In this document: positions 23,650-37,826 of the stretch, piece after piece
Layout of the letters: every line of letters starts with the position of its first letter
Position numbering within the stretch: position 1 is the first letter of the stretch
Assembly (NCBI GenBank): GCA_965655095.1
Contig: OZ296657.1
Span: forward strand, 72,664,001 to 72,728,000
DNA from: Haplodiscus bocki
Taxonomy: Eukaryota
Reading direction: 5' to 3'
Length of the DNA stretch: 64,000 bases
Notes under the pieces: generated by a model
Database searches by the model: none
Told to the model about the DNA's origin: nothing
Seen by the model: the letters and a program-made list of their open reading frames with translations, nothing else
Program-made: the position numbers and the translations under genes

Positions 23650-26600
23650 CTCTTGACAATGTGTCCTCGATCGGGTTGATCATTTGGTGAACTGAACAGA
23701 TTTTTTCCAAAGAAAAGAATGATTCTCAAAAGCTTTCTAGATTCAACTTCTCTTCTGCCTCTTAACCCTTGGAAAGAGGTACAGTTTTTGGGACCGACCC
23801 AGAAACGTTATACAAATCACAGAGAAGTTTTTTGGACAGAAGTAAAATCAACATATGAAAATCTGCTGGAGGCGGAATTTTGCCTCAAAAGTACGGTAAC
23901 CGCAGCTTTTTTCCACAAAACGCCGGTATCCACTTTTTTGCAACTAGTTACCAGGTATTGTTCTCTTTTTTCGTCCGTTTTTCTGCTTTTATCAAAGAAA
24001 GTTTTTGGATAAAAGAACGACCCGCGTTCTTCTAGGCTTTCAAATGAAAACTGTAGTATTCAGTACAAGGACCTCCCAAGTTTTCAAAAGTTTGGCACCC
24101 CCTCCATGTTAAGAGTAGAACAAGTGCGAAACTGTAGCAAAAAGCAAACGAGAACGTCTACTGTTGCTGTCGTCGGTTTTCATCATCATCGTTCCGACTA
24201 GTCCAATTCCCAAATCCGTGAGAGGGTCCACGTTTCTTGTTGAAGTCTTGGGTGAACGAAACACTTTTCTCGGCTGTGGCCTCATTGTGCAATTTCTTTA
24301 CTTCTTTGTCTCATGTCTTCTTTCTGCAGAAACTGCGGGTGTGTCCATTGCTTCTACAATATCCACAAAACCTCTTCGCTTTCTGTCTTCCTTTCTAGTT
24401 ACGGTCAATCGTTTTCCGGTTTTCTTCTACAGTTTTTACTCTGTGTTCACTCGGCTCAGTTCGTTATTTTTTCAATTCCTGTTGCAGAGATGCCATTTCA
24501 ATCCTTTTCTGGTTTTTGTCATTTAGGAAGCAAGCAGAGACTTGACAAATTACATCCTTGTTGATGAAGTGGGTTTAGAAATCGTTCCAAGTTGCAATTG
24601 CATTTTCCATCAAATAATTTGAGCCTTTCGTTGTAGGCATCATCGTCTGAGCCTTCTTAGTGAGTAATCAATGTACCTCTGCTTTCTTTGCCGAGTTTGT
24701 GCGGCGCGTTCAGCATTTTGGTTGCCCAATGCGACTCCAACTATATCTTCAGGCCAGCTTTTGTCCACCGTTTTCTTTCTTCGGTAAAGGAAGTTTCGAA
24801 TCTTTTCTCCATCGGCTCATATACAATGTTCAACTTCCATTCTGTGTCTAAATTTGTTCCATCCATCTGAGAATCTTGTTATGAACACAGTTCGAACCTC
24901 ATCCCAAATCATATCATCTTGAATAGTGCTCCCGTGCCATCCGGCTGCTGTTCATCGTAGCAACGAGAAAAATATAGCTTTCTTTCTGAATAGATAGAAA
25001 ACATGTTCTGCATCGGCTGCATTTGGTTCGCTTCCGAGAGCAAAATAAATTTGCACTCCATTAGACGGATGAACGCTTCTGCAATTTATTCCGGGTCCTT
25101 GCCGGAAAATTTGTCCAGTGCTAAGTCTGGATAGGCTAGATGGGCTTGTGCCATTACGCTTCAGTTGAATTTGAAGTCCAGATAATGTATTAGCTCTTCC
25201 AAAATTTGAAGTTGATAAGTATTTAAATCGGGTTCAGGAAAAGTTTCGTATAAATTAAGTGCGTCAGTTAAAGATGTCAGTCAAGTATGATGATCATCTA
25301 GGTCTATTTGTTTTAAATCATTTGGCGCTCCCAGTAGATGGGCGGTTACTCGTACACAGAAATCGAAATTAAAGGTCAAATTTGGACAGGTTATGATAAC
25401 TATTTGGCTCGCGTCATTGGAGGTTATAGTCCAGCGGCAATTCACTGGAAGATGTTGGCGCTCGTCCTCGGGTATTTCTTCCAAATCCAGTGTCGAGCTC
25501 TCAAACTTTTGGGGGATCAGGTGTTAACAAGAATTTAAAATAGAAGAAACAATTGAAGCTATCTGTATATGGTGATTCACCAGTGGGTCAATTAGGAGTG
25601 ATTTGAAAACTGTCAGGTCAAATTCGGGAAAACGGAATTCTAGAAAATCGTGATATTTCTGGATAGCGGCGATTGCTGAGGCAAAATACTGGTGGAATCT
25701 TGTTAGCGTTATATATTACTAAGTAGGGGTTCCTCTGCGGGATGAACCTGTAAACCGAGCCGAAACTGTCTATGAAGAATGAAATAAATCCTCGATATTG
25801 TCTTTTTCAGTTGTTCATTTGGGGTTTCTATAGTCCTCGGGCAAAAAACGAAGACTGGCATAAACTCGTTGTGATCAAAGAAGCACCAGTGTTTGAAAGG
25901 GTCTTTTCCGAGTTCCGAAGGCAAAAATCAATTATTCGTCAGATTGCTTGTTCAAAATTTGCGCAATTTTGATTATTGCTAAGATATAGCTGTTTCCCAG
26001 GAGTAGAGCTAGGTAGAGAATCAGCAGGAAATATGGGAAAAGTGCGAAGTCTGCTCTCATTTTCACACAGTAAAGTTTCTGTTACTCAAGATTTCGTCAA
26101 TTTGAACCAGTGCAACCAAAAAGGGAGGAATTAGTGATAAAACCAGTAGTATTAAGGGCAAAAAATATAAAAAAAATATTGAATCTTGATTCATCTTTTC
26201 AAAAATTTAATAGGTAAACCAAAAACTGTGGTACGGCACATTTGAAGGGTTCAATCTCGATGAAATACTTCTAGTGGATGGATTGTCTGTAAGTTCGAGT
26301 GAAAAATGCACTGACAGAAGTCTAAAACGCAACTAACTTTTATTCCAAAAGAAGCGCCTGTAATAAAGGTGATCATAGCACCCGGTATAATAATTGATTT
26401 GAAAATGACAAATGACCACGTTGGGAAGGCGGACAGAAGATTATCCAGTATTCCACAAGTATAGCTCATTGGAGTGCCTCACTGATCGCACCAGTTTGTC
26501 GAACGTGGTAGGGGTATTGGAAATCTAATATTTATTGAGTTGTAATGGCGGTTGACTCACTCAACACTACTGCGTTTTAGCGACGGTAATTTTTTAAAAA

Positions 26601-27192
26601 GTCTCAGTAAAAGTGCCTTGCTCAACCGTACGAACAAAGGGATTGCATGGAATGAGTTCAAGCAAGGAATTATGAACTTTAAATAAGAATACAAAAGAAC
26701 GTTAAACTATCAACTAGGACAATTTAATATGTTGAATTGTGGAAGGATTATGACTGCACGTGTGTAAGGGAAATTGACTCAGCTCTGTCTGAGCCTGTAA
26801 GCGCGGAATAGCCTAAAGGAGATTGCCACATGGTCTTTTATTCCACACAATATAGTCAATTTTCTTCTCTCTTACTCCAACACAATTTTAGCTTCAGCAA
26901 ATTGTATAAAAATTCAGCTTTAAATTTCAGTTACTAATTAACCAGCATTATTGTAACATAAACAGTGAATCTTTCAGAAGGGCAGCAATTCATACAGCAT
27001 TGAACTTAGACACTCAACAGCAGGGTTAGAAGAGGTTTTTAAATTTTGTCTTTTTATTTTATCCGATTGAAACATACAGAAACAGGAAATTGAAGGACAT
27101 TGTTCTCAGTTCTTTCTTCCTTCCTTGTAGATTCAAAATTACTCAGTTTCGGAAGTTGCGTTCGTGCTTACGGATAAAACATCTTTTCGACA
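23650..27192 (-). mobile_element. 5' part of a Gypsy-type LTR retrotransposon (LTR, PBS, upstream ORF, gag)
   Basis: LTR 27192-26497 bounded by TGTCGAA...TTCGACA; PBS-like TGGTGCGATCAGTGAGG at 26493. Broken gag from ATG 25154 (MAQAHLAYPDLALDKFSG..WDEVRTVFITRFSDG) with zinc knuckle CGYCRSNGHTRSFC (~24326-24367). Confidence 0.75.
26497..27192 (-). repeat. 5' LTR (~696 bp)
   Basis: TG...CA ends with 7-bp inverted termini, followed 3 nt later by a TGG-starting PBS. Confidence 0.6.
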
Positions 27193-27249
27193 CTCATCAT
27201 CAGTTTTTTGGAATTGCCTTATCACACGAAAGTTGATATTATTTTAAAA

Positions 27250-30200
27250 CTTACAATCCGTTAATAAAATTGATACGTGATTAGCATGACAGACAAATAC
27301 TACAAACATTTTGCCCACTGTGAACACTGAATTTGTTTGGATGTCTTTTGGTGAACAAGACGTTTTTGGACCGAAAGTTCCCAAAAAATATTCGGCAAAG
27401 CTGATACAAGAGGAGTCATGTACCGGAATAATTTCTCGTGCCTGTTGCTTCATTTTTTTGATTGAATTACATTGATTGATAAATTTTTTCTTTCTTCAAA
27501 CGTTTCCATATCAAAGTTTTTAATCCTTTCTGTATATTACTTTTATTTCTTACTCAATTACGTTTCCTATTTTATTACTGTTAAGAATTTGTTTATATTC
27601 TGAATACTTGTCATAAGTTTGAACGTTTCTTCATCCTGCATTTTTTGTTGATTTGACAAAAGGAGATCCGCGTAGTAGTGTTTTTTTGCAGAAATTTAAG
27701 GATCATTTAAAAAGTTAAATTAACACCAACCAGGATTTTTCAAAACCAAATTTTCAAAAGCAGTTTTTTTGGTTTCAAAATTTAGTGCACTTGATTCTGT
27801 CACGGATATCATTACTTTCCTCGTCAAATTTTTTGAAGGAATTCTCTTCGGTTATCAGGAAGGTTATCAAGTTCTCAGGAGGGAAATACTCAGATTCAAA
27901 CATCATCAAAAAAGTCATGGAATTCCGAAATTGGTTCATTCATCAATTTACAATACGTTTTAGCTTTTCATTTACAAGCAAAATGATTATTTCCTTAGCA
28001 AAGTTTACCTTTTCTCTTTCTTTCAATAAAAAAAACAACAGCATAATCATCTTCATATGAACCTAAAAGAGCAAAAAAAATCTGTTTTCATTAGGTTTTG
28101 GATCCGTGCAACCAAAATGAGACTGATTCGTGGAAATTTTTGTATCCTTGTTTTTGTACAGTCTCCTAGATTTTTCATCAGCCGTAATGCTTCTTTAAAA
28201 ATTTTTTGGGGTATCACAAAACTCAGTTTCAAGTCCAGCATGTTTGGTAAAAAGAATTTGAGTAACTTCGTGGACCGCAATCTCTCTCTTGACAAATGAT
28301 ATACATAGTTCAAAAAACTTTTTCTGGGTTGTAATGTTTTAGTTTTACTTTTATAAGCCACTGACTTCTCATGTTTTGACCGCAATTTTCTTTTGAAAGT
28401 TCCAGTGCAAAACATCACGGGAAACTCTTCTTATTCAAATGTGCTCGGTTTGTAAAATTTGTTCACAAGCGCCTTTTTTCGAAGTTTTTCCCACATATCA
28501 AATTCAGTTCCATCTCTTGTTTTAAGAAGATGCTTTTATGATCCTGAATGGTTAAAGTCATTTTTTTGAATGTAGAGTTAAGAAACAGTCATTGCATTGA
28601 CATCCCGAAAAGTCCAATGAGCTAGCTGACACAACTTTTCACTGAAGTTTCATGTTGAATGAACCGAAAAAGTCTATTTTGTTCAAAACATTTTCCTAAT
28701 CGTCTGAGGGAGACAGTAGTCTGTTTTATTATTGCTTCATTATATCTTTCGGATAAATCAAAAATCTTCTATGCAGTAGCCTCAAGCGAAGTGAATAGGT
28801 ACGCATCACCTAGAGAGTCGACACTTTTATATGGTTTAAACGTCCTTTTTTCTGTCTCTCTTCCGGGGACTGCATTGCTTGTATCTAGAGTTCTAGCTAA
28901 GTCCCGAATATCAAATTCAGGCTGTCTCCCCTTTTTCCTATCTTTTATTTCCAACTAATTTTCCAATCAGTGTTTTAAAAACAAGCATTACATGGAATCA
29001 TCAAGTTTGAACTATGGTCCGTTTTGTTACATTTTTTCATAGAGGATAGTTCATCGTTCTAAATAGGACGACTTTCCTGAAAGGTGATTTCCTCAACAGA
29101 TTTTTCAAAGATCCAATGAAAGTTTGTACATTTTTGATCCCTTGGACGGATGTCAACTAGATAGAGTCTTTTGGTCTTTTTTGATCAAGGAGTTTTAAAA
29201 AAGCTTCCTTGCACATCCTTCACCATCATCAGTTTCTTTTAGTATTGGTTTTCTTTTATAGTTCCAAAGAATGCTGGATAAAGCCTCAGTTATTGTTTTA
29301 GCGCATTTTTTTCAATCGTGTTGTCCTCCCAAGTTGCCCAAGTCATGAACCACCACCATATTATATAGATATCTTCTACTAATTTGAATACAAAATCCAT
29401 AAGTTTTACTGGATTTAAAATCGATGTTTCTTCTATGTCTTTTACTACAGTTTTGTTGGTTTCAATATTTTCATCAGGCGGCTAGGAATGTGTTTTTGAT
29501 AAAAGCATCAAGTATTCATGTCGCTACGATGTATTAAATTTGAATCATTTTGGGCCCTTAAGTTATGATTCCAATTTCTTCAAAAAGATTTGAAAAAAAG
29601 TATCTCGGTGGTACACTATACTCTAAAGGAATTAGACATCATATATTATGGAACCATGCCCATATGAATGTTGAGAAAAGTATTGAAGAAATGGTTAGAA
29701 GTGAAATAGTCTTTGTTTTTTCAACACCAAGAGATTTTCATGCAACTGCGAAACCTTGAAATATTGGTGATAATTTTCGAACTGATTATTCATTTAGAGG
29801 AGTATAGAAATATATATACCTCAACTATTTTTGATTTTTCAGAAAAACTGAGTGTTTTCAATCTTTATCCTTTTTCAATTACATAGGAAACTTGCCAAAA
29901 AACCTAATTATGGGGTCAATTACCGAAATTCCATTTGCTGTAGAAAAATACATCCTTACATTTGAATTATGATAAAAATTCAATATGAGAACTGTTGAGA
30001 CAGAGAGATACTGTCTAGAAGATGCACCTGATGAAGTGAAAAGGGGTAAAGAAATTGATATAGAAGCTGTTAACATTACTAAACAGAGTTTGAAACTTGT
30101 TTTTGAAAAAAGTATGAAAAAGATGAATTCACAAGTGATAGAAGAAACGTGAAGGAAAAATTTAGGCAAATTTGAAGTTCCCTAGATTAATCATATTTTG

Positions 30201-30900
30201 ATTTATTGACTTCAAGAATGACACAAAAAGTTGTTTTGGAACCATTCAAACAAAATGCACATAGTTTAGTGTTTGCATCTCTTGAATTAAATGTTGATGG
30301 TCAGATTGCTATTGTTGCGAAAAGATCGCTGTGTCAGGTTTTTAGTAAACATTTCATAGAAAGTCCAGATTAGAAGTCTTTTCACTTTCACTTTCCTAAA
30401 GAATCGTACACTTTTTATTTTTACTAGTTCCCACAATATGGATTTTCAATCTCTGAAGAAATTATTATCGCCCAATAGCTTCAATTTTAGCTGAACCATA
30501 AAAGTTGAAATATGAAGCAAAGCTAGTATTTTCACATACATACATCTGAAGCCTATAGTTCAAATAAGGTGGAGCTTAAAGTTTAATTCATTTTGGTACT
30601 TCGTTTTAACATGTAGCGATCAATTGGACGAAACTTTGATATGAGATATACTCTTGAGCTGGGTCTTTAGGCAATACCAAAACTGATACTAATACCTAAG
30701 CTAACGCTGAAGACATTAACTTTTGCTTCTGCAAATATACAAATACTTAGCCCAAAACTTGAAGCTGACAACTTGAGATGTAATTCTGTAATGCCAATGG
30801 GTTTGATTTTTATATCGGCTGCATACAAGTACTGTACTGCAAAGACACTTCTGAAAAACATTTATGTAGGACGATTATCTCACTTGGAATCAACTTAAGC
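27250..30900 (-). mobile_element. Heavily decayed Polinton-like region with rve integrase remnant
   Basis: Broken minus-strand translation of 28650-29500: MVVVHDLGNLGG..AKTITEALSSILWNYKRKPILKETDDGEG, then DRKKGRQPEFDIRDLARTLD, the Polinton c-integrase pattern. AT-rich ORF ghosts lie on both sides. Confidence 0.55.
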
Positions 30901-31137
30901 TACAGTTGAATTTTTTGGAGTAAAAATACGAATTTCTAAGGACAACATGCTACCAACGCACTCCAAACATACACCGAATTTGACTGAAAATTGAGGTTTC
31001 ATGAACTTCACTCGGGGATTACCTAATTTTTCTTCCAAAACAAAGACTTTGGTTTTGATTGACTAATTATAAAATCTGGCTTTCCTTCGAAAATTTGCCA
31101 GTCGGAATTTCGCTCATTAAGTGTATGAATGCACAAT

Positions 31138-33075
31138 TGTTGACGAGAAAACGAGAGGTGGATGGGCAAGTGTGAGAGTTCTCTTGCGGATCAGAGTCAG
31201 TCGAACAGCTGGTCCGACGGGTTGAAAGCTCCACTTCGGGATGATGATGACTCTGGGAACGATCCCCGGTTGGTTCCTGATTTTGTAGGTCATTATTTCG
31301 GAACGGTTCTAGAGAGTGTCCGCGTGTGTGGGTTCAAGAAAAAATCGTCTAAACTCGACGGAGCACGCACCTGAGATACGTGACTCCGTTCTACTTAATT
31401 CCTGAGAAAGTTTCTCAGTAAACCTGCCTTCAATGACCTCTGAGACCTCCTGCGTAGTGTACTCTTGGGTAATTCCTGGAACAAATCTGTTCTAAGACTG
31501 GCTGTTCCTAGTATGCTCTTGTGTTTCCCTTGAAACTGCTGCCAGCTTTCGCTTGTTTTTTTTTACGTTGCCATCTCTTTTGGAAAAACTTTTGACAGTA
31601 GTGAAGACTGAATTTTTTTAAATTCTTAATCAATTTGAAGAACGACAAAAGTGAGGCTTTCAAATGATTCAAAGGTTACAGTCGTTTACAGTTAACTAAC
31701 AAAAGGGTGTCAATACCAACAAAACTAAAGATAATTAAAATAAATATAAATTCGTGTCTACTGTTTATACCTCCTCCTTCGCGGGGAAACAAAATTGTAT
31801 ACACGCCAAGTCAAGCTACAATTAAGGAAAAGTGCTTTAACCACATTAAATATGAAGAAAGAATGCAGACTCTGGCGGAAACTAAACAACTTTCCATCCA
31901 TCTCGTCCCTCATAGGCCGCGTTTTTTCCATCTATCGACGGAAACTTCACGGGCCTAATCCGTCGCAGATGGACATCAAAGTGCTTAATCCCGTGGTGAC
32001 ACAAAACATATTAGTACAAATACAAAATCAAATGTTACTCCATAATAGGAAAAGAATAATAACTTCATCAACATTATTAAAAAATAATAGAAAAACAAGA
32101 TTCAATTTTACAATTATACATGGTTTCACTGCGCGTCGTTTAATTACATTTTTGGAGAGGATCTGGGCTTGTTCTTAGTTCGTTTCTCATTTCTAATAGC
32201 TGGTTCCTCATTTTGGTTTTAGTGTTCCGGAACGCCTACGTAGTCGCCTTTACAGTGCTGCTGAAAAGAACGAAATAAGTGGATACGGAACTGTTCCGTG
32301 TTTGGTCAAAATGACACAGCATAGTATCACAACGGATTGGATTAAATTCAACTAACGTCACCAGACAGATAGCGGCGGAACACCTACGGATTAAATAATA
32401 ACTTTTGAGGTCACCCTCTATGTTTGGCAGTTGCATACTGAGTAAACTTATTGACATTGTCAATTTCTCTTTACAATACTGCTCTATTTGTTAAGAAGGT
32501 GCATTCATATCATCAAGTACATCAAATATTCATAAAATTAGCACTTTTCAAAAAGACAATTAGGAAATTAGGAATATAAGTGAATATCCATTTGTTGGGT
32601 AACGGTTGCGTCTCAATCTGGATCAGTACACCGGAACTGCACATAAACGCTACGTATTAATTTACATGAAAATTTACTGCGGAGTGATACGTATATGATA
32701 CGTATCACCTACATGTACATGCGTTACTATATAAATGCGACGTTAATAAATGAATGGGAAATAAAACTGTCTACTGTTTAAGCAGTTCTGGCTAGTACTT
32801 AGACAACCCGGAGATGTCCTTTTCCTTTGGCAGCACCTTCCCGCAGGCTTTGCGGACATGCTGCGGCAGCAGAATTTGTAGGACTTTCGTTTTTGGTATA
32901 GCGAGTTTTGTTCCGAAACAGAAGTTTTGGTTTCGTAAAATGTATGTGGTACCTGCTTTTCCCTCGAAGAACCTCCACTCGAGTTTCCACCAATTGGTTT
33001 TACCGACGCGCAGATGCAGCCAGAATATCGATTGACGGACAATGAAGGGGTTTACTGAGATGTTGTTTCACAACA
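31138..33075 (-). mobile_element. Possible solo LTR with gag-like N-terminal remnant
   Basis: Left edge TGTTGACGAG (31138), candidate right edge ...CACAACA (33075); PTKSGTNRGSFPESSSSRSG-like frame just inside the minus-strand end. No target-site duplication found. Confidence 0.3.
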
Positions 33076-34593
33076 CCGAACTCATCAGTTTTTTGGCAAA
33101 AGCATTTAATTCCAGAAACTGTACCAAAAATCTACTTGTTTTCGAATAAAATTCAAACCTTAGTTCCAAAATTTTGTCGAGGTGTTCCCCATACAAAATC
33201 TACCAAATTCATAATTAGCAGCTTGAAAACTATGTTTTTCTTACATTTTATACAAAGAGATTTTTCCACAATTTATACTGCAAACTATACCAAAAACCTA
33301 TCTATTTGCGAAAAGAGATTGGACCTTCTTTTGAATATTTTTTGCTGAAGCCCCCTCATAAAATCTACCAAATCGACAAATAGCAGACTCGAAACCCAGT
33401 CTAAATTTCGTTTTCTTATATTTTATTCTTAAAAGTATACCAAAGTGCAACTTTCTAACATCGAAAACAGTTCCGTCCTGAGTATTTTGAGCCATACGGG
33501 TGATGCCGACTCTGGCTTTCCTTGGCTTTCATTCCGAGACGTACTATGGTATGTTTCCAGGATTTAAGTTGCTTCTTACTGTAGGCTGAAGGTTTCAGAA
33601 CTCAATAACAAGTTGTAATTTTTTTGTCGAAGTTCGTCGTTTTTGATATTCATGAAAAACACAAGCTACTGTAAGAGTCGGTCACTTTTTCTTCTCAAAA
33701 GCGGTGACTAAAAACACCCCACTACGGATTGCATATTTTTTTCTGCAAAAAGTTCTTTCGACAGAAAAAATTTCGAATGGAAATAAAAATTTCAATTGGA
33801 GCAAGCAGAACGATTATCAAAAATTTATTAATCAAGTCAAAAGGTATGAGTAAAAACTAAGATTTAAACTCGCATCTAGTGCTCCAGAACCCTGTTGTCC
33901 GACCCACTGTGCTCTAGGAGTTTTTGACATTTAACAGACTTCCATAAGATCATAACAAGTTGTCCCGGTATGTATAGTGGAAGCAATAAATCTCAGCAAA
34001 GCATCAAAGCTGTCAATAAAATGGGCTCGAAAAGAAACAAAAAGTCACGCAAAAAGTCAGGCTTTTTTACTTACACGCGGAGCCTAAAAACACAATACTG
34101 CTGAGCCCTGAAAGGAAGTATCACGCTTTATTCCTTGAACCGGTGGCCAAGTTTACGACATTTGCCTGTTGTCCGGACATTTTTTCTTGTTTGTCCGTTA
34201 GACAAAGCACGAATTTGCTTCGCATAAAATGTTACAGCAACGATAAGAATCGAAATTTTCCATGATCATCAATTTATTAATGCCCACGTTTTTCAGGTAG
34301 ACAATGAAAACTTCTATTTTTTCTATCATTTTCTATTTGCTTTTTTGATTTCTTTTCCATTTCGTTTTTCTTGTCTTTTCGATATCCAGGTAACCCTATA
34401 CGAAAGACAATATCAACGAAGTGAAATTTCGACAAAGCGTCAGCAAAAGAAGTGAAAGTTCGGTTAACCAAACTATAGTAGCAGCAGATAGTTATGGCAA
34501 TGTTTTAAAATTTTAAGCTACTACTGCGAACCTGTCAGCGATCACTGCGTCTAGGCATATCTCTGAAAGTATTAAAACTTAGTCTACATTATT

Positions 34594-34793
34594 NNNNNNN
34601 NNNNNNNNNNNNNNNNNNNNNNNNNNNNNNNNNNNNNNNNNNNNNNNNNNNNNNNNNNNNNNNNNNNNNNNNNNNNNNNNNNNNNNNNNNNNNNNNNNNN
34701 NNNNNNNNNNNNNNNNNNNNNNNNNNNNNNNNNNNNNNNNNNNNNNNNNNNNNNNNNNNNNNNNNNNNNNNNNNNNNNNNNNNNNNNNNNNNN
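34594..34793. other. Assembly gap (200 N)
   Basis: Run of N. Confidence 1.
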
Positions 34794-34949
34794 ACATTTC
34801 CATATTTGTACTTCGGTAGTCATGATTTTTCGGTATCTTCCCCTGTCGATGTTTTGCCCTGATGCTAGTTCTATATTGACGTCACAATGATCCAATGTAA
34901 AATGCCGAACAAGTTCTTTAAAGTTTTAACTCGGTTAGAGTTACAAAGA

Positions 34950-35865
34950 TGTCGTCAAGAACTTGACGCTCCCAATTGGTTAACGAAAACGAGGTCAAAA
35001 GGGGGGAACAAAAACCCAACATGACGGGAAGCAAAAATCAGACTAACAAAAACTTCCATAGGGTTCTTTTGAGCGAAAACTTTCCTACAATTCAGTTGAA
35101 CAAAATCTTACTCACGAGACAGTTGCATCAAATCAACACAAAAACATTCAAACGAGTCATTATTCGAAGTATTCTTTTTAAACAGTTAGTCTTTGATTCA
35201 AACCAATAACTTATTCGACAACTTTCATATTTTTAATATTTTGATGCTTTGTTGACTCACCATTGTTTTTATTATCCCAAGTACAACTGATTTGTTGAAA
35301 CAAACATGGTTTCCACTCGCAAGAAGAGACAGTCGAATAAAATGCTTCTCAATCAATAAGATGATTTCAATCAAGATGTTATTATTGGTAATGCTATGAA
35401 CAATAGACAAAAAAAACTACGGTAAATGAAGGTACCGCTGACCTGGAATTTACCGTTGGTGACTCCGAGGGCGATGCAGCAGTTAATGAAAATGTGGTGA
35501 AAATGAAAACCGTGGAAAGATCTTTTAATGAAAGAAATGACAGCGAAATGGGTGATTTTTTTGACACGGTCGAAGGCAAAGTTGAGACCGCGATCTTGAC
35601 CGCGATAGACAGTATTATTACTCCTAAAATTGAACTATCTATTAGGTCAAAAAACGCATCTTCTGAACGGGCAGCGACCAGTGTTATGGCGAGTTCAGAA
35701 AATGGGAAAAACGTAGGGATTACTGCCCCTTTGAAAACTAATCCGAAAAGAGTACACTACATGTGTTAAATAATAATGATAAGACTTGAAACAAAATTCC
35801 GGACGAAGTAAGTGAATTGTCGGTCCCATATACACTTTTTGGCCGGCAACTGCACACTCATCAAA
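34950..35865 (+). mobile_element. Probable solo LTR carrying a gag-like N-terminal frame
   Basis: Starts TGTCGTC, ends CACACTCATCAAA. Contains broken ORF MVSTRKKRQSN...VKMKTVERSFNERNDSEMGDFFDTVEGKVETAILTAIDSIITPKIEL from ATG 35306. Confidence 0.45.
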
Positions 35866-35988
35866 ACACCGCTCTGCTCTGTCCTTTTAAACTTCGTATC
35901 ATCTTCAGATCCAAGAAGGAGAGTTTAACACTCGGACATTGGCTGTAAACTACGCATTTTTTACAGTTTAATAACACGTGGAACTGGT

Positions 35989-37810
35989 TGTCCGGCTGAT
36001 GTACGGCTTTACAACAAATGGTACTGTCATTAATTCTGGAATAAGGGCTCAGACGCGGTGTTTTTACCATTCCTTGAACCCACAGAGTCAATTCGTCTAG
36101 TTGACGGGTTAGTTGAGCGATGAATCTTTTGATTTGTTCGTTGACCTTTCAAGTAAAATTCAGGAATATTTGCCTGATTTCTTCCGATTTATTGACGGCT
36201 TTTTTATCTTCAACACTACCGTTTTCACTCAGCGGGGTGTGAGTTTGTGTTATGCCTGTGCCGTCTCTCAAATTTCGATGACTCAAAACCGAGCCTTCAA
36301 GTTTCAAACCTTGAATTTAGCAATGAAATTAGATGTAGTTTTGATTTTAAGAAAAATTGAAGTCTTAATGCAAGCGGGTTCACAAAAATGGATGGAAAAT
36401 AATGAAAACATCAATAACTCCTGAATTTAATTGAAATCAGCTAAGACCAAAATATTTAGTGCTGTGTTGGGATCGTGTGTACGTTCACGCACACGTGAAG
36501 GCTGGCTTTCTGATTGATTGCGTCAAATTCGCGGTGGTGCTTGTTGGATATGCGTGGTCACGTGAACGATGGTAAGACGCAAATCTTTTCGGCTCATTAG
36601 TTGTTTTACTATTTAACAGATATAGGTGTGATCGCAAATTCACCGCAACCGTGTGTGCTATGTTCGTATAACATGGTATTTATGCAAACTTGTTGCAACA
36701 AGGTTAAATAAAATCAAGATGGCGAAAAAAATCTGAATACATCGCTTTCATACGTTATGCAATTGCACAGGGTGAAGTTTGCTGAGTTGATATATTTACT
36801 ACAGCATTCTAGATGCTCTCGTCATTGTCTTACATCAATTTCAGGTTATTTTTGTTTTCATCTGATTTCGTCATTTCGTCTATTTCTAAAGTTGCTATTT
36901 CTTGTCTCGAAGATGTTACTCCTTAAGTTGGATGAATTCTGATGTATTTAATTAGTAGCACAACTCATTGTTCCACTGTTGTTCATGCGTGGGAAATTCA
37001 CTTCGATATAGCCTTGAGTGGATCAAAAGTCATGTATAGTAATTTAATAAGATTACAATGAGGGATGAAAGCAGCACGTCTGTTTAGTCCAGTTTTCATC
37101 GTGTGGGTGCTAAGAGATGCATTTTATCTCGTTTTAATGGTTATACAGAGGCCTCAGTAGTTTGGATCAAACAGAAGAAAAATTAAAACACTGGTAAAAG
37201 CACAATCGGAGGTTTACACTGGTCGTATATAGCCGATGAATTTTGTTTTTGTCAATATTCTGTTCGATCAATATTTAGGAGGCATTCAGTTTCATCAAAT
37301 ATTCTCTGTTTAGCGAAATTCTACCATATAACCGTTCGGAATAAAGTAATAGGAGGATACATCAAATTGATGTCTTCCGATGAAAATAATTTCCGGCTCG
37401 TTTATTAACATTTAGTCTGGCCACTACAGAGGGCACTTGTAGTGGCTTATGGTGTTCCCGTTGGAAAATTCCGGGGTCTTTTGTGTAAGTTCCAGTTACT
37501 CTGAGCCAGCATCCGAAGTTGTGTTTTTCTTGGAATTGTTTCAGCACATTGGGTTCAGACGGATAAAGAGGCTTTTATTTAATCACCAATACATTGTACA
37601 TAGTACATATTGTTGTTTACATAAAACATGAATCTCGTTCGCAGCAGGGAAAGGGAAGTAGGAAAACAATGCAACAATTATACTTCTATCCGGTTTTGTC
37701 TACAGAACAGCATTAAGACCTTGATACTGATAATGGTTTCCTATATATTTGATTAACTGTAAGTTTAGGGAAATGTAATTGTCTCATTATTCCCTCATGC
37801 GGGCCTGACA
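35989..37810 (-). repeat. 3' LTR (1822 bp)
   Basis: Minus strand TGTCAGGCCC...CAGCCGGACA, preceded by purine-rich AGAAGAACATGGGGAG; collinear with 49286-51005. Confidence 0.8.
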
Positions 37811-37826
37811 CTCCCCATGTTCTTCT
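37811..37826 (-). promoter_or_regulatory. Polypurine tract
   Basis: AGAAGAACATGGGGAG abuts the TG of the 3' LTR. Confidence 0.6.

Noticed and set aside
34579-34895. ORFs crossing the N run
   Set aside because: Artefacts of the assembly gap.
35989-37810. Second tandem Gypsy copy rather than an LTR
   Set aside because: The repeat has TG..CA ends, a PPT on one side and a PBS exactly at the homology boundary, so it is an LTR that includes gag sequence.
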